Positions 21,214 through 34,931 of a stretch of DNA of 64,000 nt are shown here, one piece after another. This DNA is from an uncultured SAR86 cluster bacterium (GTDB lineage Bacteria; Pseudomonadota; Gammaproteobacteria; Magnimaribacterales; D2472): assembly GCA_902514105.1 (NCBI GenBank), contig CABXPU010000002.1, positions 7,441 to 71,440 of the forward strand. Reading direction: 5' to 3'. Each line of letters begins with the position of its first letter. Position 1 is the first letter of the stretch. The translations under genes were made by a program, and so were the position numbers. The notes under the pieces were generated by a model. The model had not been told where the DNA came from, searched no databases, and saw only the letters and a list, made by a program, of their open reading frames with translations.

Positions 21214-23898
21214 ATGCTTAATATATTTTCAAAAATCTTTGGTTCTAGCAATGATAGAACTATCAAGAAAATGCAATATCTTGTCGACAAGATTAATGCT
21301 TATGATGAGGAGATGGGAAATCAAGAAGATAGTTATTTTCTTGAGCTTAAAAATAAAATTAATAATCAATATAAAGAATCTAAAGATATTAATTCTGTCC
21401 TACCTTTAGCATATGCAGCTGTCAGAGAGGCAAGTGTAAGAACTTTAGGGCTTAGGCATTTTGACTCTCAACTTTTAGGTGGAATTTGTTTAGCTGAAGG
21501 CAATATTGCTGAAATGAAAACAGGTGAAGGTAAAACTCTAGTAGCTACTCTTCCAGCATTCTTGAATTCAAGTATTGGAAATAAAGTTGTGCTCGTTACA
21601 GTTAATGATTATTTAGCAAAAAGAGATGCTGAATGGATGCGGCCAATATATGAATTTCTTGGACTAACAGTTGGAACAGTATATTCAGGTCAATCAACAG
21701 AAGAAAAAATAGAAGCATATAAATCAGACGTTATTTATGCAACTAATAATGAGCTGGGATTTGATTACCTAAGAGACAATATGGCTTTAAGGGTTGAAGA
21801 TAGAGCCCAATGCTCTTTAGATTTTGCAATTATTGACGAAGTAGATTCAATACTAATTGATGAAGCAAGAACTCCTCTTATTATATCTGGGCCATCAAAC
21901 GAAAGCTCAGATTTATACAAACAAATCAAAACAATAATACCGAAACTTAAAAAGCAACTAAGGACAGAAACTGAAGAAGAGCCTCTTCAGGATAATGAAA
22001 GAGGGCATTTTATTGTAGATGAGAAAAATAGATCAATTGAACTAACAGATGATGGCTATATCTTAGTTGAGTCTGAATTAGAATCATTAGGCGTTCTTAC
22101 ACATTCAGATGGTCTTTATTCTGTTTCTAACCTTAAAATAATGAGGTTCGTTCAAGCTACATTAAGGGCTTCATTTTTATTTGATAAAAATGTTCATTAT
22201 TTAGTAAGGAATAATGAGGTATTGTTAATAGATGAGCATACCGGAAGAACTATGTCCGGGAGAAGAATGTCTGAGGGTGTTCATCAGGCTTTAGAGTGCA
22301 AAGAGAATGTTCCTATTCAAAGAGAATCTCAAACTTTAGCTTCTACAACGTTTCAAAATTTTTTCAGACTATTTACTACTTTATCAGGCATGACAGGAAC
22401 TGCTGATACTGAAGCGTTGGAATTTAATGAAATATATGGACTAAGTGTTGTAATTATCCCAACTCATAAACCTATGATTAGGGAAGATATGAATGATTTA
22501 GTATTTCTTAATAAAGAATCTAAATATAAAGCTTTAATAAAAGAAATAGAATCCTTGAGAACAAAGATGGCCCCTATTCTTGTTGGAACTGTGTCTGTTG
22601 AGTCATCCGAAGAAGTCTCCCAACTATTGCAAACAAAAAAAATACCTCATCAAATATTAAATGCCAAACATCATCAAAAAGAAGCTGAAATTATTGCAAA
22701 TGCTGGTAAAGCTGGAATGGTAACTATTGCTACAAATATGGCAGGAAGAGGAACAGATATAGTGCTTGGTGGGAAAAGAGATGAAGGTGATTCAGAATGG
22801 GAAGAAAAAAATAAGAATGTTATAGAAGCTGGCGGCCTTCATATTCTAGGTACCGAAAGGCATGAATCAAGAAGAATAGACAACCAGCTGCGAGGAAGAT
22901 CTGGAAGACAGGGTGATCCAGGATACTCTCGCTTCTTTCTATCACTTGATGATGATTTACTTAGATTGTTTATATCAGATAATAGAAGAGCGCTCTTTGA
23001 AAGAGTTGGGTTGGGAGAAGATCATATTGAACATAGAATGCTTTCCAGAGGAATTGAGAACGCTCAAAGAAGAATAGAGAGTCGTAACTTTGATATAAGA
23101 AAAAACTTGCTTGAATATGATGATGTTGCTAATGATCAAAGGCAAGCCATTTATTCGCTACGCAATCAATTATTAGAAGAAAGTGATATTAGCGAAACTA
23201 TCAATGAGCTTATTGATGAAGAATTTGAATCTATAATTCGAGACTTTGTCCCTCTTGAATCAATTGAGTCTCAATGGAATTTAAAAGATTTAGAAAGTTT
23301 TTTATTAAATGATTATGGAATAAAAACTGATATAGAAAATAATGTTAAGCAAGATAAAACTTTATTACCAGGCACTATTGCTAAAATAATTATTGATGAA
23401 GCGCATTCTGTATTTAAAAAGAAATATTCTGAGATGGAAGAAACCAGATTAATACTTGAGAAACAAGTAATGCTTCAAGTTTTAGATGTTCATTGGAAAG
23501 AGCATCTTGCAGAAATTGATCATTTAAGACAAAGCATTGGCTTAAGAGCGTATGCTCAAAAGAATCCTAAAAATGAATACAAAAGAGAAGCGTATGCAAT
23601 GTTTGAAGATATGTTAGATCAAATAAATAAGGAAACTATAAGGGTCCTTTATACACTGCAAATAAATTCTCAAGATGATATCTCAAATTTAGAAAATAAA
23701 GATACAAATATAAATGATGATGAGCTTGAATTAAAAAAAGAAGATTTTTCTTTAAATTCATCTGAAACAAATAATACTGATTCTCTTTCTGATAGCCCAG
23801 AGCATAAAACTATTAAAAGAGAGGAGCCTAAAATAGGAAGAAATGACCCTTGTTGGTGTGAATCAGGGAAAAAATATAAACAATGTCATGGAAGATAG
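21214..23898 (+). CDS. secA: Preprotein translocase ATPase SecA
   Basis: 894-aa ORF with Walker A MKTGEGKTL, DEVDSILIDEARTPLIISG and a C-terminal zinc-binding tail CWCESGKKYKQCHGR. Confidence 0.98.
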   Translation: MLNIFSKIFGSSNDRTIKKMQYLVDKINAYDEEMGNQEDSYFLELKNKINNQYKESKDINSVLPLAYAAVREASVRTLGLRHFDSQLLGGICLAEGNIAEMKTGEGKTLVATLPAFLNSSIGNKVVLVTVNDYLAKRDAEWMRPIYEFLGLTVGTVYSGQSTEEKIEAYKSDVIYATNNELGFDYLRDNMALRVEDRAQCSLDFAIIDEVDSILIDEARTPLIISGPSNESSDLYKQIKTIIPKLKKQLRTETEEEPLQDNERGHFIVDEKNRSIELTDDGYILVESELESLGVLTHSDGLYSVSNLKIMRFVQATLRASFLFDKNVHYLVRNNEVLLIDEHTGRTMSGRRMSEGVHQALECKENVPIQRESQTLASTTFQNFFRLFTTLSGMTGTADTEALEFNEIYGLSVVIIPTHKPMIREDMNDLVFLNKESKYKALIKEIESLRTKMAPILVGTVSVESSEEVSQLLQTKKIPHQILNAKHHQKEAEIIANAGKAGMVTIATNMAGRGTDIVLGGKRDEGDSEWEEKNKNVIEAGGLHILGTERHESRRIDNQLRGRSGRQGDPGYSRFFLSLDDDLLRLFISDNRRALFERVGLGEDHIEHRMLSRGIENAQRRIESRNFDIRKNLLEYDDVANDQRQAIYSLRNQLLEESDISETINELIDEEFESIIRDFVPLESIESQWNLKDLESFLLNDYGIKTDIENNVKQDKTLLPGTIAKIIIDEAHSVFKKKYSEMEETRLILEKQVMLQVLDVHWKEHLAEIDHLRQSIGLRAYAQKNPKNEYKREAYAMFEDMLDQINKETIRVLYTLQINSQDDISNLENKDTNINDDELELKKEDFSLNSSETNNTDSLSDSPEHKTIKREEPKIGRNDPCWCESGKKYKQCHGR

Positions 23899-23905
23899 TA
23901 TTTAA

Positions 23906-24070
23906 CTATTCTTCATAAAAATCTTCTGATTCAATAGGTCTTGATACAATATTTTCTTCTCCTGCCCAAGAGCCAAAATCTATTAACTTACATCTCTCAG
24001 AACAAAAAGGTCTTGATACATTTTTTGAAGATAGATCAGCTATTTTTTTACAATTTGGACATTCGTTCAT
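23906..24070 (-). CDS. yacG: DNA gyrase inhibitor YacG (zinc-finger protein)
   Basis: 54-aa ORF below the ORF-track cutoff: MNECPNCKKIADLSSKNVSRPFCSERCKLIDFGSWAGEENIVSRPIESEDFYEE. It carries the CxxC...RPFCSxRCxxIDxGxW signature of YacG. It lies downstream of coaE, as in E. coli. Confidence 0.8.
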   Translation of the reverse strand: MNECPNCKKIADLSSKNVSRPFCSERCKLIDFGSWAGEENIVSRPIESEDFYEE

Positions 24071-24668
24071 TAGCAATCCTTAAATATTTTTTGTGAATCT
24101 CATAAACCTGATTTTTTAAGTCTTTAAGAGAAGAATTATTTAAAATAATATCATTAGCAATACTTAATCGCTCTTCTCTTGTGGCTTGAGAGTTTATAAT
24201 TTTTTTAATATCTTCACTGGAAGCATTATCTCTTGATGAAGCTCGATCAATTTGAATATTCTCATCACAATCTATTACTAAAATCTTTTCATATTGATTC
24301 ATGGAATTTGTTTCAAATATTAAAGGAACCATAATAATGGTATAAGGTGAATGAGAAGAAAGTATTGCACTTGTTATATCTTCTCTGATTGCTGGATGAA
24401 GATAACTTTCTAATATCTTTTTTTCAGAATTGTTTGAAAAAATGATATCTCTTAATTTTTTTCTATCTATATTTTGTGAGTTATCTAATATGTCTTTTCC
24501 AAAATGATTAACTATTTCGTTGTATGCTTTTGAGTCTTTTAAGGTTACGTTTTTAGCTATAGCGTCTGCATCTATAACTGATATACCTAATTTTTCAAAT
24601 TCATTGCCTGCAGCAGATTTTCCTGAACCTATTCCTCCAGTTAATCCAATTATCATATTTGTATTCAT
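24048..24668 (-). CDS. coaE: Dephospho-CoA kinase
   Basis: 206-aa ORF with the P-loop IGLTGGIGSGKS and CoaE-like sequence throughout. Confidence 0.92.
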   Translation of the reverse strand: MNTNMIIGLTGGIGSGKSAAGNEFEKLGISVIDADAIAKNVTLKDSKAYNEIVNHFGKDILDNSQNIDRKKLRDIIFSNNSEKKILESYLHPAIREDITSAILSSHSPYTIIMVPLIFETNSMNQYEKILVIDCDENIQIDRASSRDNASSEDIKKIINSQATREERLSIANDIILNNSSLKDLKNQVYEIHKKYLRIANERMSKL

Positions 24669-24710
24669 AAATAAAACTTAACTATTTTATGTATTCTAAA
24701 TTTTTTATAC

Positions 24711-24736
24711 AAAAAAGCCCACTAGAAGTGGGCTTT
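24711..24736 (-). terminator. Rho-independent terminator of the rRNA operon
   Basis: Directly after the 5S gene on the minus strand, the stem GCCCAC / GUGGGC (24733..24717) has a 5-nt loop, is extended by A-U pairs, and is followed by UUUUUU (complement of 24716..24711). Confidence 0.55.
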
Positions 24737-24745
24737 AAAAATAAA

Positions 24746-24864
24746 AGCCTGACGATTTCCTACTCTCACACAGGGAGACCCTGCACTACCATTGGCGTTG
24801 GTTCGTTTCACTTCTGAGTTCGAGATGGGATCAGGTGGTTCCAAACCGCTATTGTCATCAGGCA
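24746..24864 (-). rRNA. rrf: 5S ribosomal RNA
   Basis: The minus-strand sequence TGCCTGATGACAATAGCGG...CCCATCTCGAACTCAGAAGTGAAAC...GAGAGTAGGAAATCGTCAGGCT aligns along its length with E. coli 5S. Confidence 0.93.
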
Positions 24865-24936
24865 AACTGGTATGTAATTATTTCACCACAAATATTTAAA
24901 ATATTTTATTGTTACTTTCAAAAATGAACCTTTCTT

Positions 24937-27846
<2,910 letters not shown>

Positions 27847-27992
27847 TTAAAAAAGGTTATTCGCTTTTGAGAGTACTTAATAAAATATATTAATTACTTT
27901 TCTTTTAAATTGCAGTGATCTTATATGTACATAAATGTACATACTAGAAAATTACATACCAAAAATTTTACATATCAATATGTTCTTTTTAT

Positions 27993-28013
27993 ATATTTAG
28001 TTACTCGTGTGGG
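27993..28013 (-). repeat. 16S processing-stem half (3' flank, in the ITS)
   Basis: ATATTTAGTTACTCGTGTGGG is the perfect reverse complement of 29627..29647 in the 16S leader. In the precursor RNA the two would form a 21-bp stem enclosing the 16S, the usual RNase III substrate geometry. Confidence 0.7.
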
Positions 28014-28033
28014 CGTTAAAATCGAAATATCGT

Positions 28034-29568
<1,535 letters not shown>

Positions 29569-29626
29569 TTATCATGTTTTGTTGATTTTTTTAAAAAATC
29601 TAAATTTTTTTTCTCGTATTTGAACA

Positions 29627-29647
29627 CCCACACGAGTAACTAAATAT
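29627..29647 (-). repeat. 16S processing-stem half (5' leader)
   Basis: Perfect 21-nt reverse complement of 27993..28013 (see that feature). Confidence 0.7.
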
Positions 29648-29675
29648 TTTTAAAGAACAACCGCCTCATGGACGG
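29647..29675 (-). promoter_or_regulatory. rRNA leader antitermination elements: boxB-like hairpin followed by boxA
   Basis: The minus strand reads CCGUC-CAUGA-GGCGG (a 5-bp hairpin, 29675..29661), then TGTTCTTTAAAAA (29659..29647). The latter resembles the E. coli rrn boxA TGCTCTTTAACAA. The order boxB then boxA then processing stem matches E. coli rrn leaders. Confidence 0.45.
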
Positions 29676-29682
29676 GATGCGT

Positions 29683-29711
29683 ATTGTAAATTGATAATTC
29701 TTAAGAAGATA
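29683..29711 (-). promoter_or_regulatory. Weak candidate rrn promoter (-10 TACAAT)
   Basis: On the minus strand, TACAAT (29688..29683) is followed by a GC-rich discriminator ACGCATCCCG. The hexamer 17 nt upstream (TATCTT) is a poor -35, so the real promoter may lie inside the ilvC 3' end. Confidence 0.2.
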
Positions 29712-29720
29712 CCCTTTTCT

Positions 29721-30776
<1,056 letters not shown>

Positions 30777-31265
30777 TTAAATTGTTAATGTTTTGTTGGA
30801 TTCATGTAACCCAATACTTCCAGATCTAACAGTTTCAATAATTTTATTTCTCTTTAAAGATTTAATTAAGTTATTAATATCTATAGATGTTCCAGTTACA
30901 GATAAAACACAAGAAGAGCTGTCGTTTTTAATAACTTTCCCGTTTAAAGGTTTTATCTTTTTCTTGATACTTTTTAAATCTTTAATCTTACCTAATTTAA
31001 TTAAAGCTAGTTCAAGTTCATGGTGTTCGCCCTCAGTTAAGTCAGCAACCTTGATAATATCAATCAATTTATTTATTTGTTTCATAATTTGCTCTACGGC
31101 AGATTCTGTACCTCTTGTTGATACAGTTAATCTTGAATAAGAGCCATCGTCTACAGGAGCTACATTTAATGATTCAATGTTGTACCCTCTTTGATGAAAT
31201 AAACCAACAACTCTAGCTAAAGCGCCTGGCTTATTTTCAACTAGCATTGCTAAAACTCTTTTCAT
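30777..31265 (-). CDS. ilvH: Acetolactate synthase small (regulatory) subunit
   Basis: 162-aa ORF with an ACT-domain N-terminus (LVENKPGALARVVGLFHQRGYNIESL), between ilvI and ilvC. Confidence 0.9.
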   Translation of the reverse strand: MKRVLAMLVENKPGALARVVGLFHQRGYNIESLNVAPVDDGSYSRLTVSTRGTESAVEQIMKQINKLIDIIKVADLTEGEHHELELALIKLGKIKDLKSIKKKIKPLNGKVIKNDSSSCVLSVTGTSIDINNLIKSLKRNKIIETVRSGSIGLHESNKTLTI

Positions 31266-32998
31266 GCTTTCTTACCCTTTGATAGCCACATATCTTCCAT
31301 GCTTCCATTTGGAGCAACCAGCATTGGATATACATGCTCAGACTGATCAACATATACATCTACAAAGACAAGTTTATCTTTCATTCTAAATACTTTCTCT
31401 AATGTAGGTCCAAGTTTATTTCTTTGAGTTACTTTAAAACCTTTATGGCCATATGCTTCAGCCAATTTAACAAAATCAGGAAGGGATTCTTCATATGTGC
31501 TTGCTGCGTATCTTCCGCTATATTGCATATCTTGCCACTGTCTAACCATTCCTAGGGCTTGATTATTAATATTAATAATCTTTACAGGCAATCCATACTG
31601 TAAACATGTAGATAATTCTTGAATACACATTTGTATGCTTCCTTCACCCGTAATACAAACAACTTCTTTTTTAGGAAAAGCTAGCTTAACTCCCATCGCT
31701 GCTGGCAATCCAAATCCCATAGTTCCAAGCCCTCCAGAATTGATCCATCGTCTTGGTTTATTAAAATGATAATACTGGGCTGCAAACATTTGATGCTGTC
31801 CCACATCTGAAGTTACATAAGCATCACCTTTAGTAGCTTGATATATCTGTTGAACTACTTCTTGTGGTTTGATCATTTTAGATTTAGATTTTTTTAAATA
31901 CATTTCATGGTCTAGTCCATGAAGCTGAGTCCATTCAGTAATTTGTTTATTCCATTTACCAATGGCTTCAGAGTCTATTTTAATCTTTGATCTTTTGATT
32001 TCTTTAATAAGCGCATCTAAAGATTCTTTAACTTGGCCAACTATTGGGATATCTGCATTTATAATTTTTGATATTGATGCTGGGTCGACATCTATATGAA
32101 TAATTCTTGCATCGGGTGCAAATTTAGAAGGAGTATTTGTAATTCGATCGTCAAAACGAGCTCCTATGGCTAAAATTAAATCGGCTTTATGCATAGCCAT
32201 ATTAGCTTGATAAGTCCCGTGCATTCCGAGCATGCCCATAAAATGCTTATCTTTTGCAGGATAAGAACCTAAGCCCATTAAAGTATTTGTTACTGGAATA
32301 TTAAGGATTTTATTTAAAGCTTTAAGTTGTTTTGATGCATTACTAATAATAGCTCCGCCTCCAGCATAAATAACTGGTCTTTCAGAAGATAGAATAGCTT
32401 TAGCAGCTTTCTTTATTTGACCTGGATGAGGATGAATCTTTGGTTGATAAGATCTCAGGTTAACTTTCACTGGCTTTTTATATTCAAACTTATTTTCAGG
32501 TGCAGTAATATCTTTTGGGATATCTATAACAACAGGTCCTGGTCTTCCAGTGGTAGCAACATGAAAAGCTTCACTGATAATAGCTGGTATATCTTCAGTT
32601 TTTTGAACAAGATAACTGTGTTTAACAATAGGCCTTGAAACTCCCATCATATCGGTCTCTTGAAAAGAATCTGTACCAATTAAATGACTTGCAACTTGTC
32701 CGGAAATAACAACCAAAGGAATAGAGTCCATAAAAGCTGTTGCTAAGCCTGTAATAGCATTTGTTGCCCCAGGCCCTGAAGTTACAAAAACAACTCCCGG
32801 CTTTCCTGTAGCTCTAGCATAACCATCAGCAGCATGAGTAGCACCTTGTTCATGCCTAACTAGAATATGTTCAATCTTTTTTTGTCTAAATATAGCGTCA
32901 TATATGTGCAAAGCTGCACCGCCAGGGTATCCAAAGATAAATTTGACCCCCTCTTCTCGAAGAGCTCGTAATAACATGTCGCCGCCAGAAAGTTTCAC
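31262..32998 (-). CDS. ilvI: Acetolactate synthase large subunit
   Basis: 578-aa ORF with the thiamine-diphosphate motif GGLGTMGFGLPAAMG and an N-terminus typical of AHAS (SGGDMLLRALREEGV). Confidence 0.94.
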   Translation of the reverse strand: MKLSGGDMLLRALREEGVKFIFGYPGGAALHIYDAIFRQKKIEHILVRHEQGATHAADGYARATGKPGVVFVTSGPGATNAITGLATAFMDSIPLVVISGQVASHLIGTDSFQETDMMGVSRPIVKHSYLVQKTEDIPAIISEAFHVATTGRPGPVVIDIPKDITAPENKFEYKKPVKVNLRSYQPKIHPHPGQIKKAAKAILSSERPVIYAGGGAIISNASKQLKALNKILNIPVTNTLMGLGSYPAKDKHFMGMLGMHGTYQANMAMHKADLILAIGARFDDRITNTPSKFAPDARIIHIDVDPASISKIINADIPIVGQVKESLDALIKEIKRSKIKIDSEAIGKWNKQITEWTQLHGLDHEMYLKKSKSKMIKPQEVVQQIYQATKGDAYVTSDVGQHQMFAAQYYHFNKPRRWINSGGLGTMGFGLPAAMGVKLAFPKKEVVCITGEGSIQMCIQELSTCLQYGLPVKIININNQALGMVRQWQDMQYSGRYAASTYEESLPDFVKLAEAYGHKGFKVTQRNKLGPTLEKVFRMKDKLVFVDVYVDQSEHVYPMLVAPNGSMEDMWLSKGKKA

Positions 32999-33084
32999 TT
33001 TAACTAAAAAAAATTATAAGACTGGGGTTTATATTATTTTATTATGAAAAAAACAAGTTTTTTAACAGATTCTTTATATTTGAT

Positions 33085-34017
33085 CTAGCCCGAAATAATA
33101 GCTTTTTCTAGTTTCTGCATGTCCTCTGGCATAGGAATAGACCATTCAAATAATTGGTCATTTTTATGATGTTGAAATGATAAATGGGTTGCATGAAGAG
33201 CTTGTCTAGGAAAATCTCTTATAAATTGGATTAATCCATCTGAAGATTCTTTTCCAATCTTTTTTCTCGAGTTATATGTAGAATCTCCAATAATTGGTAA
33301 ATTTTTGGCAGCTAAATGGACTCTAATCTGATGAGTTCTTCCTGTTTCAATTGAAACATCTAATACAACATAACCCTTATAACCCCTTTTAAGTTTAATA
33401 AATGATATTGATTCTTTCCCGTCATGACGAATAGCCATCTTAGTTCTATTTCTTTCATCTCTTCCAATGGGTTCATTTATTTCAAAACTCCCGATAGTTT
33501 CTCCAACTGAAATAGCTATATAATCTTTCTTTACTCTTCGTTCTTGCATTTCTTGAATAAAATAATTTCTAAAGGAATCAGTCCGAGCAACAACTAATAC
33601 TCCTGAAGTATCTTTATCAAGGCGATGAACAATGCCACACCGGGGGAGATTAATTAATTCAGGGTATTTATATAAAAGACCATTTGCCAAAGTGCCATTT
33701 AGACAACCAGAGCCTGGATGCATTACTAAACCATTAGGTTTATTAATAATAAGAAAATCTTCTTCTTCATACACAACTTCAAATTCAATTTTTTCAGGAT
33801 CCCATGAAACTTTATTTTCTTCTAATGGATGCACTTCTATTTCATCTCCTGTATAGACGGTATCTTTTGGGGAGCAGATTTCTCCATTAACCAGAACCCT
33901 GCCTTGAAGAATCCATTTCTTTAATTGTGTTCGAGAGAAATCTGAAAACATAGCTGCAGCAACAACATCTAGTCGCATATTGGTATTTTCTTCTAAAACT
34001 TTAAGAGTTGTTTTCAT
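33085..34017 (-). CDS. rluD: 23S rRNA pseudouridine synthase RluD
   Basis: It has an S4-like N-terminal domain and the catalytic HRLDKDTSGVLVVA motif. It is divergent from bamD, as in E. coli. Confidence 0.9.
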   Translation of the reverse strand: MKTTLKVLEENTNMRLDVVAAAMFSDFSRTQLKKWILQGRVLVNGEICSPKDTVYTGDEIEVHPLEENKVSWDPEKIEFEVVYEEEDFLIINKPNGLVMHPGSGCLNGTLANGLLYKYPELINLPRCGIVHRLDKDTSGVLVVARTDSFRNYFIQEMQERRVKKDYIAISVGETIGSFEINEPIGRDERNRTKMAIRHDGKESISFIKLKRGYKGYVVLDVSIETGRTHQIRVHLAAKNLPIIGDSTYNSRKKIGKESSDGLIQFIRDFPRQALHATHLSFQHHKNDQLFEWSIPMPEDMQKLEKAIISG

Positions 34018-34094
34018 TGAACTTTATTTAATTTTTTTCATCTAAATATAAAATTTAAAACTTAATTAGTAATAATAAATGTAAAATATACACT

Positions 34095-34916
34095 ATGAAG
34101 AAAAAAACAGTTTCTATAATTTATCTTAGTATAAGTATTATTGCTTCATCTGTTGTGCTTTCTGGTTGTAATAGTGACCAACAAGAACTAGAGAGACCAG
34201 AAAAAATGTATTATGACCAAGCTCAAAGAAGAATGAAAGGTGGTAATTATTTTGGTGCTATTGATTCCCTAACAGCTATAGAAACTCAATATCCTTTTGG
34301 TAAATATGCTGAACAGGCACAAGTTGAACTAATTTACGCACATTTCATGAATGGTGAAAATGATGCAGCTCATTCCAGCGCTGAAAGATTTATTCGCTTA
34401 CATCCGAGACATCCAAATATTGACTATGCATATTTTATGAAAGGTCTTTCTAGTTTTACCGCAGATAAAAGCATAATGGTAAGAGTTGTGGGCACAGACT
34501 TATCAAAGCGTGATCTTTCTGGTGCAAAAGATTCATTTTCTGAATTGACTGAATTCTTAACAAGATTCCCTGACAGTCAATATACGCCTTATGCAAATCA
34601 AAGGATTATTTATTTAAGGAACCTTATAGCGGGTGGTGAATTGGCAGCTGCAGATTATTATGTCAAAAGAAAAGCTTATGTTGCGGCTATAAGAAGAGCG
34701 AATTATGTCATTGAGAATATTCCAAATTCTAGCGAGAGCCTAAGAGCTTTAAAGATTTTATCTTCTTCATATCAGGCTCTAGGATACACAGAGTTATATG
34801 AAGACACTCAAGCTCTAATTGCTTTAAATAAATCACGTTTTGGAGATGATTCTAATGAAGAGTCTTCATGGTCATGGAAGTCGATACTAGGAATCAATCC
34901 TGGTTCTAGCTCATAA
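34095..34916 (+). CDS. bamD: Outer membrane protein assembly factor BamD
   Basis: It has a lipoprotein signal with lipobox LSGC and TPR-like repeats, and it is divergent from rluD. Confidence 0.88.
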   Translation: MKKKTVSIIYLSISIIASSVVLSGCNSDQQELERPEKMYYDQAQRRMKGGNYFGAIDSLTAIETQYPFGKYAEQAQVELIYAHFMNGENDAAHSSAERFIRLHPRHPNIDYAYFMKGLSSFTADKSIMVRVVGTDLSKRDLSGAKDSFSELTEFLTRFPDSQYTPYANQRIIYLRNLIAGGELAAADYYVKRKAYVAAIRRANYVIENIPNSSESLRALKILSSSYQALGYTELYEDTQALIALNKSRFGDDSNEESSWSWKSILGINPGSSS

Positions 34917-34931
34917 GAAAATTTTTATAAA

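Noticed and set aside
27977-27990. boxA-like TGTTCTTTTTAT in the ITS, considered as a possible second antitermination site ahead of the 23S.
   Set aside because: It reads that way only on the plus strand. The rRNA precursor is transcribed from the minus strand, so the RNA would carry the complement.
33044-33088. 14-codon plus-strand ORF (MKKTSFLTDSLYLI) in the rluD/ilvI spacer, considered as a possible ilv leader peptide.
   Set aside because: It is on the opposite strand to the ilvIHC operon and is not enriched in Ile, Leu or Val codons. No attenuator hairpins follow it.
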